IMG/VR virus record: IMGVR_UViG_3300029258_002750 | Location: 124,001-188,000 of that record | Direction: 5' to 3' (one strand) | Length of the DNA: 64,000 nucleotides | Part shown: in pieces, positions 62,057 to 64,000 of the stretch | How the letters are laid out: each line of letters begins with the position of its first letter | Position numbering within the stretch: the stretch's first letter is position 1 | Program-made: the position numbers and the translations under genes | Notes under the pieces: model-generated | The model's database searches: none | What the model saw: only the letters and a program-made list of their open reading frames with translations | Told to the model about the DNA's origin: nothing

Positions 62057-62607
62057 GTTTCTACGATCGCATCGTCGAAGGCGGCGGCTACGACGACCCG
62101 CCCGACCTTTCCGAGTTCCAGCGCCAGGTGCTCAGGGCTGCGCGGGCGACGCCCAGCGTGAGTGGCACGGGCCGGTTTATCGGCGGAAAGGCGGCGGGTT
62201 CAGTCATCAAGACCATGCGCAAGCAGGGCGTCACCGTGAAGGCGGCGGAGGGCAAGAAGAAGGTAGAGAAGGCGCTCGCCCAGCTCCACAAGCGCGGCCT
62301 AGTCTGGACCCGGCGCGAGGGTACCTGGTCCGGCAAGGCAGGTGGCGAGGTCTTCCACACGCGCGTCTCCACGCCATCCGCAACCTCGATCAAGAGGGGC
62401 GGCTACGTCGACCTGTTGCTCAAGAAGCTGAAGAAGGCTGGCATCAAGACGGCGACGACGTGCCAGCTCGACTACAGCAAGACCCTGAACCGGCGCGAGG
62501 GGATCGGTATGTCCATCGCCGATGTCGTGAAGCTCGCCGCACTTCCGTCCTTCAAGCTCCCGACGAAGGACGAAGCCCGCGCCCACAGGCACGCGAAGGG
62601 GAAGTAG
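62053..62607 (+). CDS. basic protein, possible internal head protein
   Basis: starts MSFYDRIVE-G; Lys-rich. Confidence 0.7.
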   Translation: MSFYDRIVEGGGYDDPPDLSEFQRQVLRAARATPSVSGTGRFIGGKAAGSVIKTMRKQGVTVKAAEGKKKVEKALAQLHKRGLVWTRREGTWSGKAGGEVFHTRVSTPSATSIKRGGYVDLLLKKLKKAGIKTATTCQLDYSKTLNRREGIGMSIADVVKLAALPSFKLPTKDEARAHRHAKGK

Positions 62608-63092
62608 TGGTCCCGTACGGTCTGGCAGAAGGAGCGCTCATCTACGCGGCCGATGGTTCGATCATCATGCCAACGTCGATCGAGAAGCTCGCCAAGACCG
62701 GGGAGCAGCCCGAGGTTCTCGCCTACCACAAGAAGAAGGACAGGATCGTCAAGGTTGTGGCGCAGTACCCACGGATGGCCAGTACCGAGGCCGAGATCGT
62801 GGAGGTGACCCTCTTCAACATGCACAAGCTCCGATGCACGCCGAACCACAAGGTGCTCACGACGGTTGGCCTCATCGAAGCCAGGGACCTGAGGACGGGC
62901 GACAAGCTCGTTAGTCCGTCTGCCGGAGCGGGCATTCCCGGCCAGTTCATGTTCACCGCCAACAGGGCCAATCGCGTGGCGGTCGCGGGCGACCCTGTCC
63001 CAGCTGGAAAAGCGCGTGTGTTCGACATCACCACCACGACGGGCAACTTCGTTTGCGAGGGTATCGTCGTCTGCGGCAAGGATGCGAAGTGA
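62607..63092 (+). CDS. stand-alone Hint (intein-like) domain, predicted splicing-inactive
   Basis: block A GLAEGALIYAADG, block B LRCTPNHKVL, block F VFDITT..GNFVCEGIVVC. Confidence 0.8.
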   Translation: MVPYGLAEGALIYAADGSIIMPTSIEKLAKTGEQPEVLAYHKKKDRIVKVVAQYPRMASTEAEIVEVTLFNMHKLRCTPNHKVLTTVGLIEARDLRTGDKLVSPSAGAGIPGQFMFTANRANRVAVAGDPVPAGKARVFDITTTTGNFVCEGIVVCGKDAK

Positions 63093-63826
63093 GCATTGCG
63101 GGCGACACGGTTATCCACACCCTCACCGGCCCGCAAACCGTCACTCGCATCGCCAACACCGACAAGGCTGTTCACGTCTTCGCCTGGAACGGGGCGAAGA
63201 TCGCGGGCGGCCGGATCTACATTCCGCCGACACCGTGCCGCGCTCAGACGTATCGCGTCGTCCTCGACAACGGCCGCAGCTTGCGGGTCAGCGCCGACCA
63301 GCGCTTCCTGGTATTCACCAAGAGCGAACCGAAGGGCGTTGAGACCGTTCAGGCGATAGACCTCAAGCCGGGCACGAGCCTGCTCCCCCTCTACCTCGGT
63401 CGTATCAAGCAAGGTGGCTATCCGACCTTCAAGCAGGTGGGCGATCATTGGAAGCGATCGGCGTGCGCCAGCGACCGGAAAAGATGGCGGAGCGTCGCTC
63501 GAATGGTGTATGAATGGGCCTCTGGCGACGCTCTCGTTCCTGGGCTTCGGGTGAAGCACAAGGACGGCAATCCTGACAACTGCCACCCCAAGAATCTCTA
63601 CATCGACGGGACCCCACGGCCGGGGAACCGCAGCAAGCTCAATCGTCTTCTCGATCTCCAGAGGAAGATCATGCCAGGCAACCACAAGGTCGCCGGTTGC
63701 GAACCCTGGATCGAAGAGGAAGATGTATACGACGTCCTTCCACAAGACTGCTCGAGCGTTGCGGCGACCGAGGTCTTCTTGGGGGTCGGCGAGGAGACTG
63801 GAGGACTAGATGGCCCTCCGCGATAG
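63089..63826 (+). CDS. stand-alone Hint domain with HNH endonuclease insertion
   Basis: SIAGDTVIHT..G, LRVSADQRFL, RMVYE...KHKDGNPDNCHPKNL, NHKV...DVYDV. Confidence 0.8.
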   Translation: MSIAGDTVIHTLTGPQTVTRIANTDKAVHVFAWNGAKIAGGRIYIPPTPCRAQTYRVVLDNGRSLRVSADQRFLVFTKSEPKGVETVQAIDLKPGTSLLPLYLGRIKQGGYPTFKQVGDHWKRSACASDRKRWRSVARMVYEWASGDALVPGLRVKHKDGNPDNCHPKNLYIDGTPRPGNRSKLNRLLDLQRKIMPGNHKVAGCEPWIEEEDVYDVLPQDCSSVAATEVFLGVGEETGGLDGPPR

Positions 63827-64000
63827 GGCGGTCAAGGCGCTCCGAAACGTGTTCGGCGCTCCTCAAGCGGAGCGCGCCAAAGCCGACTCGCCCTCGGTCG
63901 CGGCGATGCGGCATCACGTGCCCAGCATGTTCACGGTCTGGGGACGCGAGGACATCGGCGGCCTGCTCACCGTCTCCCAGTCCCTCATGGATCGGTTCGC
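63810..64000 (+). CDS. partial CDS running off the window, function unknown (portal-like N-terminus is only a guess)
   Basis: GGAGG RBS, ATG 63810, MALRDRAVKALRNVFG...SLMDRF, open to end. Confidence 0.55.
   Translation, partial: MALRDRAVKALRNVFGAPQAERAKADSPSVAAMRHHVPSMFTVWGREDIGGLLTVSQSLMDRF

Noticed and set aside
62607-63826. Functional cis-splicing inteins
   Set aside because: There are no flanking exteins and the catalytic residues are incomplete. Reported instead as stand-alone Hint genes.
1-64000. tRNA, rRNA or tmRNA genes
   Set aside because: No cloverleaf or T-arm (GTTCRANYC) context was recognised by eye, including in the non-coding tracts. tRNAscan-SE would be needed to exclude them fully.
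1-64000. Stop-codon reassignment (alternative genetic code)
   Set aside because: Known enzymes and the 1750-aa ORF are intact under code 11, and TAG, TGA and TAA all terminate coupled genes.
1-64000. HIP1-like over-representation of CGATCG
   Set aside because: It is frequent, but many copies come from A-I-D/I-D-R codons of the tag. It cannot be judged without a codon-aware count.

Overview
This high-GC 64 kb window is most consistent with the accessory region of a large or jumbo bacteriophage. It holds about 140 short ORFs in strand-switching, translationally coupled operons (ATGA/GTGA/TGATG overlaps). No capsid, terminase, tRNA, rRNA or CRISPR array was recognised, so phage identity is an inference. 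Recognisable genes: HD-domain (p)ppGpp-hydrolase-like protein, ndk, MazG-like pyrophosphatase, Nudix protein, SNase-like nuclease, DUF3268-like Zn finger, two SEC-C proteins, two XRE HTH regulators and two stand-alone Hint-like genes. There is also a 1750-aa polyvalent protein combining an SF1 helicase, a 2H phosphoesterase and an HExxH zincin. The main novel signal is a 9-residue amphipathic peptide, consensus [SDN]-A-[IV]-[DETS]-[RQAL]-L-[GA]-x-[LIV] (e.g. SAIDRLAEL, DAVTRLGRL), called the C-tag below. It ends, or is inserted into, roughly 65-70 otherwise unrelated ORFs by manual count. These include about 27 SH3/KOW-like mini-proteins and 8 proteins with a DUF2829/Tad2-like outline. The window also has a leaderless-promoter-like motif (GGGTAGAAC-N6-start), a second bipartite upstream motif, and a 7-copy palindrome array next to the HTH genes. 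Many starts were re-called by hand downstream of the ORF-track starts.
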